Assembly (NCBI GenBank): GCA_950097015.1
Contig: CATNEN010000039.1
Location: 2,790,001 to 2,854,000 of the forward strand
Direction of reading: 5' to 3'
DNA length: 64,000 nt
Origin: Macrostomum hystrix
Taxonomy: Eukaryota; Animalia; Platyhelminthes
Part shown: piece by piece, positions 1 through 14,894 of the stretch
How the letters are laid out: each line of letters begins with the position of its first letter
How positions within the stretch are numbered: the first letter of the stretch is position 1
The notes under the pieces: generated by a model
Databases searched by the model: none
What the model was told of the DNA's origin: nothing
The model's input: only the letters and a program-made list of their open reading frames with translations
Program-made: the position numbers and the translations under genes

Positions 1-177
1 GTCTGTCTGTCTCTCTGTCTGTCTGTCTGTATGTCTGTCTGTCTCTCTGTCTGTCTGTCTGTCTGTCTCTCTGTCTGTCTGTCTGTCTGTCTGTCTGTAT
101 GTCTGTCTGTCTCTCTGCCTGTCTCTCTGCCTGTCTGTCTGTATGTCTGTCTGTCTGTCTGTATGTCTGTCTGTCTC

Positions 178-222
<45 letters not shown>

Positions 223-300
223 ATGTCTGTCTGTCTGTGCTGGGTGTCTGTCTGTCTCTCTGCCTGTCTGTCTGTGCTGGGTGTCTGGGTGTCTGTCTGT
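1..300. repeat. (GTCT)n microsatellite
   Basis: Direct: GTCT repeats with CTCT/GTAT interruptions. Confidence 0.95.
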
Positions 301-1182
301 ATGGCTGTCTCTCTTTCCTATACAGTCTAGTGGCAGGCTCATCTTACCTCGCAGGTGTAAGAAGTCCTTGATTAATGTCTGCCTTTTTGCCAGTGTGAAA
401 TCCGTGACCTGCAAAGTCCCTTAACTGGGGATCTATAAACTGGGAGAAATCTGGAAGCTGTTGATCGCCAACAGGTTAGAAGTAGAGCGGTCTCGTTTTC
501 GTCAGGTTATTAATAAGATTCGCAGGTGTGAAGTTTCGGTTCGTTGGTGGTGCATTTGCCTCGCGCTGAAGGCTGCTGATGCTGATGGTCGAAATTTCAT
601 GTAGGTGCCAGTTTATGCAGCTACTGTTAGTAGTGCGTAGCGGCACTAGTAGAAATGCTATCTGAGGCCAGATCCAGTCAGAAGCTTGATTTACGCAAGT
701 CCTGCCCGCTTCGTTATTGACTTACCCATCAATTGTTGGCATTTTTGGGCTGCAGAATGCGAACGGCCTAATAAGGGATTGAGGGGAACGCGGGGGATGG
801 GTTTAGTTTTCAGTTGCGCGCACTCTTAGACTCTCCAACCAACGGTGAAAACCGTTTTTACTATATAAACTGTTTGCACTGCTACCCTGTTTGGAGATTA
901 AGATGTTATATGGCTGACCCTACCTGTTAGATAGGTACCTACCTGTTAGACAAACACATACCTATTAGACGTGTATATATGCCTACCTACAGACAGATAA
1001 TAATTCGATAGATCAAGTGTCTTGCTCCAGCTCACAAATTGCTTTTAATTTTATGGGCCCGAATTCGAACTTCTGACCTGTCAGTCAGACGTCACTGGAA
1101 GGACTGGAGGGAGGAATCTCATGGACAAAAACAATTATACTCGTATTTATTATGGGTGGTGGGGCCGCTGTGCCTTTGCGCA

Positions 1183-1276
1183 GTATCTGTGTGCGTGTGT
1201 GCTTATAGGAGTCTCGCTGGCTGCGGGTCTATAGTGTCACCAAATGATGTGCCATTGCCCGCAGCCCTCCTGCAAT
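1183..1276 (+). mobile_element. 3' fragment of SINE family B
   Basis: tatctgtgtgc...ctcgctggctgcgggtct...gtgtca...tgccattgccc..agccctc.tgcaat matches the 3' end of the element at 23150-23505 read on the minus strand. Confidence 0.7.
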
Positions 1277-1356
1277 TTTTATTTTTTAATTGTCATGACG
1301 CCAACAACATTCTTTATTTGAAATGAAGCACACTTTTTGCGGGCACTAAATTACCT

Positions 1357-1480
1357 GTGCCCTAAATAGTGCCCTAAATGCCCTAAATAGTGCCCTAAAT
1401 GCCCTAAATAGTGCCCTAAATGCCCTAAATAGTGCCCTAAATGCCCTAAATAGTGCCCTAAATGCCCTAAATAGTGCCCA
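1357..1480. repeat. ~21-bp minisatellite (GTGCCCTAAATGCCCTAAATA)
   Basis: Direct tandem copies. Confidence 0.9.
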
Positions 1481-1584
1481 AAAAGCGTGCCTTATCTTCG
1501 CATACATGTAGCTGTCTACGGGCATTCAAGCCCATCTCGTCACTGCGATTTTTTGTTCTGAGCTAGCTAGTTAGTACCATAGAC

Positions 1585-4500
1585 ATGCCTTTCAAGAGCA
1601 TGCTTTCTCAGCTTGGGACGGGCAATCTCGCCCCAAGTGCTCGTCCCGAGTTTACTTGGCGATCGTTCATGTCGCGTTTGGCTGTCCAGGAGGCCGTCGC
1701 AGCGGCTAGAGGCGACTGCATCAGCGGTCAGAAGCAGCAGCAGGATGTCTTCGAGTACGACTCGCCAGCCGACACCTGCGACTCCTTCGATGACAACTCG
1801 CTGAGCCAGGCAGCCGCGGCCGACACCGCAGGCCAGAAAGTTAGGAAGCGGATTCGCCAGATGTACAAGTCGTTTCGGCGACGGGGCAACGAACAACCCG
1901 AGGAGAAGCGCAACGCTACTCAGGTGGAAACTCTTGCCAGGTGTTTCAGCAATTATCTGATCCCATTCCTATCTGATCCCATTCCTATCTGGTCCCATTC
2001 CTATCTGATCCCATTCCTCTCTGATCCCATTCCTATCTGATCCCATTCCTATCTGATCCCATTCCTATCTGATCCCATTCCTTTCTGATCCCATTCCTAT
2101 CTGATCCCATTCCTATCTGATCCCATTCCTATCTGATCCCATTCCAATCTGATCCCATACTATCTGATCCCATTCCTATCTGATCCCATTCCTATCTGAT
2201 CCCATTCCTATCTGATCCCGTTCCTATCTGATCCCGTTCCTATCTGATCTCATTCCTATCTGATCCCATACTATCTGATCCCATTCCTATCTGATCCCAT
2301 TCCTATCTGATCCCATTCTCATTCTGATCCCATTCCTATCTGATCCCATTCCTATCTGATCCCATTCTCATTCTGATCCCATTCCCACTTTTAATCTATT
2401 CCCACTTTGATCCCATTCCACCTGAACTCAATCGAACCTATATATGCACACATACCAGCTGTCCGCCGAAGCTGAGGCGGCGGTAGCGGTCGCGGCGGCT
2501 GCGGCAGCTGCGGCGGCACCCGACCGGACGACAGTTTCGCAGCAGCGCACGGATGCCAGTCGGAGTCGTCTCGTTGCCGGAGGCGCGGAGCTCTTATCCT
2601 TCACCAATCACTCCGGGGCCAACGCCAGCACCTGCGTCAGCATGAACAACAGCGAGAAGCAGCAGCGGCAGCAGCTTCACCTGCTGCAGACAAACGTCAA
2701 CAACGAGGGAGTCAGCGAGCTGGAGGTGGTCCAGTCGGTTTTGTCACAACCCGGTGGTGGGGATCAAACTCGGGACGACGACTTGTACTCTGTGCTCACC
2801 GTGGACGCGGAGGAGTTGCGTAATTGTGAGTTGACTTTGGTGCCTGTGCTGTAATTGTTTATAGTGTCTTCAAAAGCCTGGATTCTCATGTGAGCTCAAG
2901 CTAGCTCAAGCTACTGAGTTTTCTATGAACACGTGTTATCTGGCAAAGACGGTGGTTGTAGCCTAGCGGTTAGAGACTCGGACTCACGAATCGAAGGTCG
3001 GGTGTTCGATTCCCAACTCCACTGGAGCATTTTGTGCCCTTTAGCAAGACTCAATATCTGGGTTAGTTAAGGGTGGGTGAGGCGTCCGCTCCAGTCCATT
3101 GGACTGTGCAGCCGTACGCAGCCTTCAGATGCGCCGCACCACAGCAGTGGCTGTGCTGTCGGTTGAACGAAATGAAAACAATCGTTGTTGAGTCTCCCTT
3201 GAGCGCTTGTCTCACTTGTCCATTTTGTGCCAACACAAACACAGCTATTAAAGCCTGCTGCTTTGATACATAACTAAGAAGCTACGGATAATTGTGCCTT
3301 CAATATTTTAATTTTTTTTACTGACTTTCTCCGGTATTAAAAACTCCTGCCATCCCCTAATAGATGTACATTAAATGTACATTGAGTGACGGGAAGTAGA
3401 GGTTTTTTAAAGAGCTGCTGCTGATAAGAAAAATTAACTAGTCTAGGGCTTCGCAGGCATAATTTTTCCACCAATCAAAGGCTGCCGAGGGGGGTTGGTT
3501 TATCAGAGTGACGTTATGTTTATAATTCTGGTGGTTGACAGAGAATATCAAATGAACATCTAAGGTGACATTGTACATACAAAGCACCGCACAATACATC
3601 TAGGAAAATTGTAATTTATTGCAGGGAATGGAAACCTCTGGTCCGCGAGCGACCCTCCACGCCTGCTACCACCTGCTCTCCCAGTTTCATCTGTCCTGTG
3701 TTTAATCTCATGTCTTTACTGTACCATCCCTGCCAGCCTTATCTCTCCCTGTCTCAACTCTGCCAGCCTTAACTCTCCCTGTCTCATCTCTGCCAGCCTC
3801 ATTTCTCCCTGTCTCATCTCTCCCTGCCTCATTTCTCCCTGTCTCATCTCTCCCTGCCTCATCTCTCCCTGTCTCATCTCTCCGTGCCTCATCTCTCCCT
3901 GCCTCATCTCTCCCTGTCTCATCTCTCCGTGCCTCATCTCTCCCTGCCTCATTTCTCCCTGCCTCATCTCTCCCTGTCTCATCTCTCTCTGCCTCATCTC
4001 TCCCAGTCTCATCTCTCTCTGCCTCATCTCTCCCTGCCTCATCTCTCCCTGTCTCATCTCTCCGTGCCTCATCTCTCCGTGCCTCATCTCTCCCTGCCTC
4101 ATCTCTCCCCTGTAAAGCCTTCGCCTTTGTATTTTAGATATTCTCTTTGACCCGGCAGAAACTGCTGCCCTAAGTTTCATTCCTCGAATTACCGGATGAT
4201 CTACATCGCGAATTCCAATTCTGCTAAAGGGGAATTTACTAAAACCAAAAAGACAGGCGGGGGGAATTGTAGGGATGTGCTGAAACCCGAGCCGAGGAGT
4301 TCGGATAATTTTCCCGTTGGATTGCAGCCGACAAATACAGTTTAACTTACGGATGCACCTGGCCTATAGGAGTGCGCTGTCTGTGTTGATTCAACTGCAG
4401 CTTGTTGGGACCAGAGACCAGGACCAGGACTACCTGGCCAAGCTGTCAGGGAGGCGATGTGGAATACGACCTGCGTGGGCTTCTGTATTCAGGAGGGTGG

Positions 4501-5452
4501 CCCATTGGGACAATGTCATTGCTATGGAAGCTATTGCCGTGATTGCTTGTGAACATGGAGACTGACAGCTCCAGAGTTTAATTGGGAAATCGGGAAGAAA
4601 AAGGGGATGAGAGATAGGGAAGGAAATGGGGATGAGAGATAGGGAAGGAAATGGGGATGAGAGATAGGGAAGGAAATGGGGATGAGAGATAGGGAAGGAA
4701 ATGGGGATGAGAGATAGGGAAGGAAATGGGGATGAGAGATAAGGAAGGAAATGGGGATTAGAGATAGATTAGGAGATGACAGATCGATTAGAAGATAGCA
4801 GATCGATTAGGAGATGGGAATGGGAGATCGAGAATGAGCTGGAAAATAGAGAAGGGGATGGGGATGGGAGATCAAGAAGGCAATGGGGATGGGAGATCGA
4901 GAATGAAATGGGAATGGGAGATCGAGAAGGAGCTGGGAGATAGAGAGGGAGATGGGGATGGGAGATCGAGAATAAAATGGGAATGGGAGATCCAGAAGGA
5001 GATGGGAATGGGAGATCGAGAATGAAATAGGAACGGGAGATCGAGAAGGGGATGGGGGATGAGAAGGAGAGAGGTTGAGCGAATCCCGCCCGCCATCTGC
5101 CATTGTGCCAGTCTACTCTGACGTGTACGTGGTTGCCGAGTGCGAGGGCGTCCGGCTGAAGACCAAGCGCACCAACCGGCTCGAGGACATCCAGATGTCG
5201 TTCATGTTCTACCGGCGGCGCAGCACCACCGAGCCGATTGAGTTCAAGATGTACGCCAATCACCAGGGTCTGGGCAGGCGAGTCCTGATTGGCCAGCTGA
5301 GCCTGACACTGCAGCCGGGCGAGCCCTTTGACGGCATGAGCGTCAGGCGCAGCATCCGGGAGCGGCCGGGACTCCGGCGGGACGGCGGCTCGGGCCTGCT
5401 GTTCAACTTCCTCTCCGGCCTGCTGCACACGCAGCATTTGTCCGGGGTCTGA
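1585..5452 (+). CDS. Multi-exon gene of unknown function ending in a C2-like domain (partial model)
   Basis: GC-rich coding-like exons ~1585-1923 (CAG|gtgg) and 2459-2826 (ccag|CTG ... T|gtgag) join in phase 0. Terminal exon is 5112-5452. Small exons near 3625 and 4401 are unresolved, and linkage of all parts is inferred. Confidence 0.45.
1955..2390. repeat. 16-bp intronic minisatellite (ATCTGATCCCATTCCT)
   Basis: Direct. Confidence 0.95.
2950..3180 (+). mobile_element. tRNA-derived SINE family A, copy 1
   Basis: A-box TAGCCTAGCGG and B-box GTTCGATTC, followed by a non-tRNA body (gtgcccttt.gcaagac...cagtccat.ggactg...cttcagat...gctgtgctgtcgg) shared with 14355-14606 and 56089-56317. Confidence 0.85.
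3725..4110. repeat. 15-bp minisatellite (CTCATCTCTCCCTGY)
   Basis: Direct. Confidence 0.95.
4602..5072. repeat. Compound purine-rich minisatellite (24-bp GGGGATGAGAGATAGGGAAGGAAAT-type unit grading into GGGAGATCGAGAA units)
   Basis: Direct. Confidence 0.9.
5112..5452 (+). CDS. Terminal exon encoding a calpain-5/TRA-3-type C2 (T) domain-like segment
   Basis: DVYVVAECEGVRLKT...FMFYRRRSTTEPIEFKMY...LIGQLSL resembles the remembered CAPN5 C2 pattern YVIIKCEG..V.S...IFYRK....PI.VQVW....FLGQV.L. Acceptor gtgccag ends at 5111. Confidence 0.6.
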
Positions 5453-5464
5453 CTGGGTGACTTC

Positions 5465-5650
5465 AGTGACGGGTGTCAGTGCTAACAGGTGTCAGTGCTA
5501 ACAGGTGTCAGTGCTAACAGGTGTCAGTGCTAACAGGTGTCAGTGCTAACAGGTTTCAGTGCTAACAGGTGTCAGTGCTAACAGGTGTCAGTGCTAACAG
5601 GTGTTAGTGCTAACAGGTGTCAGTGCTCACAGGTGTCAGTGCTCAAAGGT
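5465..5650. repeat. 16-bp minisatellite (GTGTCAGTGCTAACAG) just after a stop codon
   Basis: Direct. Confidence 0.95.
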
Positions 5651-6265
5651 GACGATTTTAACTAATTGCTGTCATATTTAAGCGCGAATTAAGCAGTAAG
5701 TTCATATGCTTATAATAAATTGTTAGGCATGCATTATAAACAGGCAAGAATTCCGCAGACCTGCCGGATGATATTAGTTTTTTCAGGTTCCCAGCAGAAG
5801 TCGGTGTTATTTTTTGTGCTTTTACGTCTGCGCCAACCCCAAGTTGCCGACAAGAGCAGCGAAGAACACAATGCGGCAAGCTGGCGAAGAAAAAGCTTTG
5901 CTCACAGATTCTGTCGGCCTCTAATTGGAGCGAATTTTGCTTTAGGCTAAATCTGGCCTCACAAAAACCTGGCCTCGAAAAGAAGCTCGTTACCAATGCT
6001 CTGCCTGTCCGCCTGTCGCACACTTGTCTTTTGTATTCTCAATTTAGTCACGCCCAAAGACCTTCGATCTATTTCTGTATAGTAAAAAAATTCTAAATTC
6101 AAATGAGAAACAACTCATCTGAGAAAACATCAAAATAACTTTTCCCCATTGCGAACTTAATTTTTAACACATCATTTAGTGACTTTTGAGGGGGAAAACG
6201 ATGGAAAGCTAGTCTTTGTTTTAAACACTGCTGTCTAAAAACATATATTCATCTAAGTAGATCTC

Positions 6266-6340
6266 GTCCCATCCCTTCACATCCCATCCCATCCCTGCAC
6301 ATCCCATCCCATCCCATCCCATCCCATCCCATCCCATCCT
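6266..6340. repeat. (ATCCC)n microsatellite
   Basis: Direct. Confidence 0.9.
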
Positions 6341-6579
6341 TACACTTGATATTTTCTGATCTCTTCAGCATGCTTTTAACACTGAATGTATTTCCCATTC
6401 TATTCTGAGCTCTACCAGCCAATCAGATGGACCCTTGGCCACGGGCGAATCAGGCAGTGAGCAGCTAAACTAAGCAGATTTTATAAGCCATTATCCTCAG
6501 CCTTTGCGCTGTCAAACCCAAGAAAGCCTTGAAGTGGACTCTCCCAATCACAGTCGCCTACTTCTAGTACTTCCTAGCT

Positions 6580-10986
<4,407 letters not shown>

Positions 10987-10987
10987 A

Positions 10988-11470
10988 GTGTGTCGGGATT
11001 CTGAAGGGTGTGGGGATTCTGAAGGGTGTGGGAATTCTGAAGGGTGTGGGGATTCTGAAGGGTGTGGGGATTCTGAAGGGGTTGGGGATTCTGAAGGGGT
11101 TGGGGATTCTGAAGGGGTTGGGGATTCTGAAGGGTGTGGGGATTCTGAAGGGTGTGGGGATTCTGAAGGGTGTGGGAATTCTGAAGGGTGTGGGGATTCT
11201 GAAGGGTGTGGGGATTCTGAAGGGGTTGGGGATTCTGAAGGGGTTGGCGATTCTGAAGGGTGTCGGGATTCTGAAGGGTGTCGGGATTCTGAAGGGTGTG
11301 GGGATTCTGAAGGGTGTGGGGATTCTGAAGGGTGTGGGGATTCTGAAGGGTGTGGGGATTCTGAAGGGGTTGGGAATTCTGAAGGGTGTGGGGATTCTGA
11401 AGGGTGTGGGGATTCTGAAGGGTGTGGGGATTCTGAAGGGTGTGGGGATTCTGAAGGGTGTTGGGATTCT
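10988..11470. repeat. 18-bp minisatellite (GGGATTCTGAAGGGTGTG) immediately after the GPCR stop
   Basis: Direct. Confidence 0.95.
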
Positions 11471-11877
11471 AAATGCATGTCGTTTGGATTCTCGGAGTAA
11501 ATTTAACAAGATGTAACTTTTATTTAGCTTATTCGTCTCGTTTTTTTCTTAGATTAACGTTTCGAATATTAGATTTTGTTATTATGTATAGACATAAGTT
11601 ACTTTGTGCACTTATTAAATTTTATGAACACATTGTATTGTCGACGTCAATTCACTGACCAGAGACACGGGCATAATTTCCTGATGTGTGGTTTTATGCT
11701 GCACGTGTACTCACAGTCAATAATCATTATTTGTTTATTCATATTCGCTCATCATCCTTGTTATATTCATTCCGTGCAGCGTCAGAACAAATAAATAAAC
11801 AAGAGCTAAGTCTAGCCCTGCTGAACTGCTGTGTTTGGCTGTTCAACTGAATTTCAGGGGCCGGGACATGCGCATCT

Positions 11878-12109
11878 GCTATTTGAGCAACTGCAGGAAT
11901 TTGAGCAACTGCAGGAATTTGAGCAACTGCAGGAATTTGAGCAACTGCAGGAATTTGAGCAACTGCAGTTATTTGAGCAACTGCAGTTATTTGAGCAACT
12001 GCAGGAATTTGAGCAACTGCAGTTATTTGAGCAACTGCAGGAATTTGAGCAACTGCAGTTATTTGAGCAACTGAGGGAATTTGAGGACAGAAGGAATTTC
12101 ATCCGAAAA

Positions 12110-12150
<41 letters not shown>
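11878..12150. repeat. 18-bp minisatellite (ATTTGAGCAACTGCAGGA) followed by (GT)n
   Basis: Direct. Confidence 0.93.
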
Positions 12151-12151
<1 letters not shown>

Positions 12152-12469
12152 TGAGTGCTCTAGGGCCAATACAGTTATCATGCAATCAAAGGTCCAAGTG
12201 TTGAATTCTCAAGCAATCGAGATTCAGCGTCTTGTCGTTCGAGCAGCTGTGGAAATCTCATATGCTCATCTTTGAAGATGAAAATACTTGGTCTGCTTAG
12301 GTCTAGCTAGCACAGAATGTTGATCTGATCTGATCACAGAATGTTGAATTTGATTCAATGCTTACTGATGCGGTTTGATAAGTTCAACATGGATCCTAAA
12401 ACAATACAAAGCCTCATATTTTTACAGTGGGACAATCACTTTGATAATGTATGCATGAGAGGTGCGCAC

Positions 12470-12880
12470 GGTGGGGGAGACAAGAAGAGGATGGGAGAGA
12501 CAAGGAGAGGGTGGGAGAAACAAAGAGAGGGTGGGAGAAACAAGGAGAGGGTGGGAGAAACAAGGAGAGGGTGGGGGAGACAAGGAGAGGATGGGAGAAA
12601 CAAGGAGAGGATGGGAGAAACAAGGAGAGGATGGGAGAAACAAGGAGAGGGTGGGAGAAACAAGGAGAGGATGGGAGAAACAAGGAGAGGGTGGGAGAAA
12701 CAAGGAGAGGATGGGGGAGACAAGGAGAGGATGGGGGAGACAAGGAGAGGATGGGGGAGACAAGGAGAGGATGGGGGAGACAAGGAGAGGGTGGGGGAGA
12801 CAAGGAGAGGGTGGGGGAGACAAGGTGGAGTGGGGGAGACAAGGAGGGGTGGGAGACAAGGAGGGGTGGGAGTGGGAGAT
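12470..12880. repeat. 20-bp minisatellite (GGGAGAAACAAGGAGAGGRT)
   Basis: Direct. Confidence 0.95.
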
Positions 12881-13229
12881 GAGAGCTAAGTATGCTAAGG
12901 AAACGAGCACAGCTCGTAGATGAGGAATAGGACACAAGCGGACTAGGAGATTGAAGATTGCAGATCCCATCTGACACCAGACGGGTCATTGCGCCCGCCG
13001 GGCAGTCACACAGTGAAGCAGCTGAAGATCACCCGAGGCAGTGATTTCAAAGTTCTCGGAGGTCGGAGACTGTTAGCCTTATTGCCCAAATATGCAGTTC
13101 CGCAGGTAGCAATTAGCGCTGCTTACGCAATGGTTTTCCAAGAAAACTGAATAAAAAAGTTCATGAAAGAAAGAACTTCACTTTTCATGCCGATTTCAGC
13201 TAGCAACTAATAAAGCACCGAGTCTATGA

Positions 13230-13885
13230 GAGTGTGTGAATGAGTGTGGATGAGTGTGAATGAGCGTGAATGAGCGTGAATGAGTGTGAATGAGTGTGAA
13301 TGAGTGTGAATGAGCGTGAATGAGCGTGAATGAGTGTGAATGAGTATGAATGAGCGTGAATGAGCTTAAATGAGTGTGAATGAGTGTGAATGAGTGTGAA
13401 TGAGTGTGAATGAGTGTGTGAATGGATGTGTGAATGAGTGTGAATGGGTGTGTGAATGGGTGTGTGAATGAGTGTGAATGGGTGTGTGAATGGATGTGTG
13501 AATGAGTGTGAATGAGTGTGAATGAGTGTGAATGAGTGTGAATGAGTGTGAATGAGTGTGAATGAGTGAGAATGAGTGTGAATGAGTGTGAATGGATGTG
13601 TGAATGAGTGTGAATGAGTGTGAATGAGTGTGAATGGGTGTGTGAATGGATGTGTGAATGAGTGTGAATGAGTGTGGATGAGTGTGAATGAGTGTGTGAA
13701 TGGATGTGTGAATGAGTGTGAATGGGTGTGTGAATGGATGTGTGAATGAGTGTGAATGAGTGTGAATGAGTGTGAATGAGTGTGAATGAGTGTGAATGAG
13801 TGTGAATGAGTGTGAATGAGTGTGAATGAGTGTGAATGAGTGAGAATGAGTGTGAATGAGTGTGAATGGATGTGTGAATGAGTAC
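13230..13885. repeat. 10/12-bp minisatellite (GAATGAGTGT)
   Basis: Direct. Confidence 0.95.
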
Positions 13886-14125
13886 AGGAGCGTGTGAATT
13901 AGCATTTTGAGTACAGAATTTCTGAAGGTAAGTGTTTTTGGGTGACACTACCGATGATACACGTATAATCAATTTTCACTTTTATGCCATTGTATCGTGT
14001 TAGACTAATTTCTTCACAAACATTTTTTGTTTGTCAAAAATATAAGAAATCCTATCATATTTATTTATTGAAAAATCAGTTACTTCGAAAAAAGCGAAAA
14101 TATTAAATAATTGTTCTGATGGCCT

Positions 14126-14326
14126 TTTTAGACAGTCTGTATTTCTTTAGACAGTCTGTACTTCTTTAGACAGTCTGTACTTCTTTAGACAGTCTGTACT
14201 TCTTTAGACAGTCTGTACTTCTTTAGACAGTCTGTACTTCTTTAGACAATCTGTACTTCTTTAGACAGTCTGTACTTCTTTAGACAGTCTGTACTTCTTT
14301 AGACAGTCTGTACTTCTTTTTAGACA
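14126..14326. repeat. 19-bp minisatellite (TTAGACAGTCTGTACTTCT)
   Basis: Direct. Confidence 0.95.
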
Positions 14327-14354
14327 AACAAAATACGTGTGGTTAATGCGCATT

Positions 14355-14606
14355 GTTAATAAATTATAATAATCGGGCCAGATGTGCAGCCGACAGCACA
14401 GCCGCAGATATCTGAAGTTACAGCTGTCCAGTCCATGGACTGGACGCCGCACCCACCCTCAATTACCCCAGCAGATGCTGGTACCCCATTTAACAGCTGG
14501 ATGAACAGAAGCAATTCAGTGTGAAGTGTCTTGCCAAAGGACAAAAATTGTTCCAGTGGAGTCGGAAATCGAACACCCGACCTTTAAGTCATGAGTCCAA
14601 CGCCCT
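14355..14606 (-). mobile_element. tRNA-derived SINE family A, copy 2 (most complete, CORE-like central domain)
   Basis: Minus strand reads ggagttgtatcctagtg...ggtgttcgatttcc (tRNA head), then ttgtcctttggcaagacacttcacactg...ccagctgttaaatggggtacc, the shared family A 3' body, and an AT-rich tail. Confidence 0.85.
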
Positions 14607-14894
14607 AAACACTAGGATACAACTCCTAATAAAATGAGCATTTTTCATTTGATTTTTAACTTAATTTTTATGTTATTAGTTAAGCAATATGGCGCGGATA
14701 AGGTATAAAACAAGGCAGAAAAATTTCAAGACTGAAGCAAACTGAAATCACAATAAATAAACCACTGATTTCTACTAAAAGCGTGCGATGCAATCTAGCT
14801 TGGTGATTGGATAGAATCTGGTTGTTAGTTCGAATGTGGGAGAACTCGAAATTGACTCAGATAGGATACAAGTAAATTAGATAAGGACCAATGC

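Noticed and set aside
2950-3025. Functional tRNA gene
   Set aside because: The acceptor stem pairs poorly, there is no terminator directly after the head, the anticodon position differs among copies (CAC vs CAT), and the sequence continues into a shared SINE body.
12175-13150. Possible small minus-strand exons (e.g. IHVELIKPHQ|PSIFIFKDEH...)
   Set aside because: Splice signals are plausible, but I could not build a consistent model or recognise a domain.
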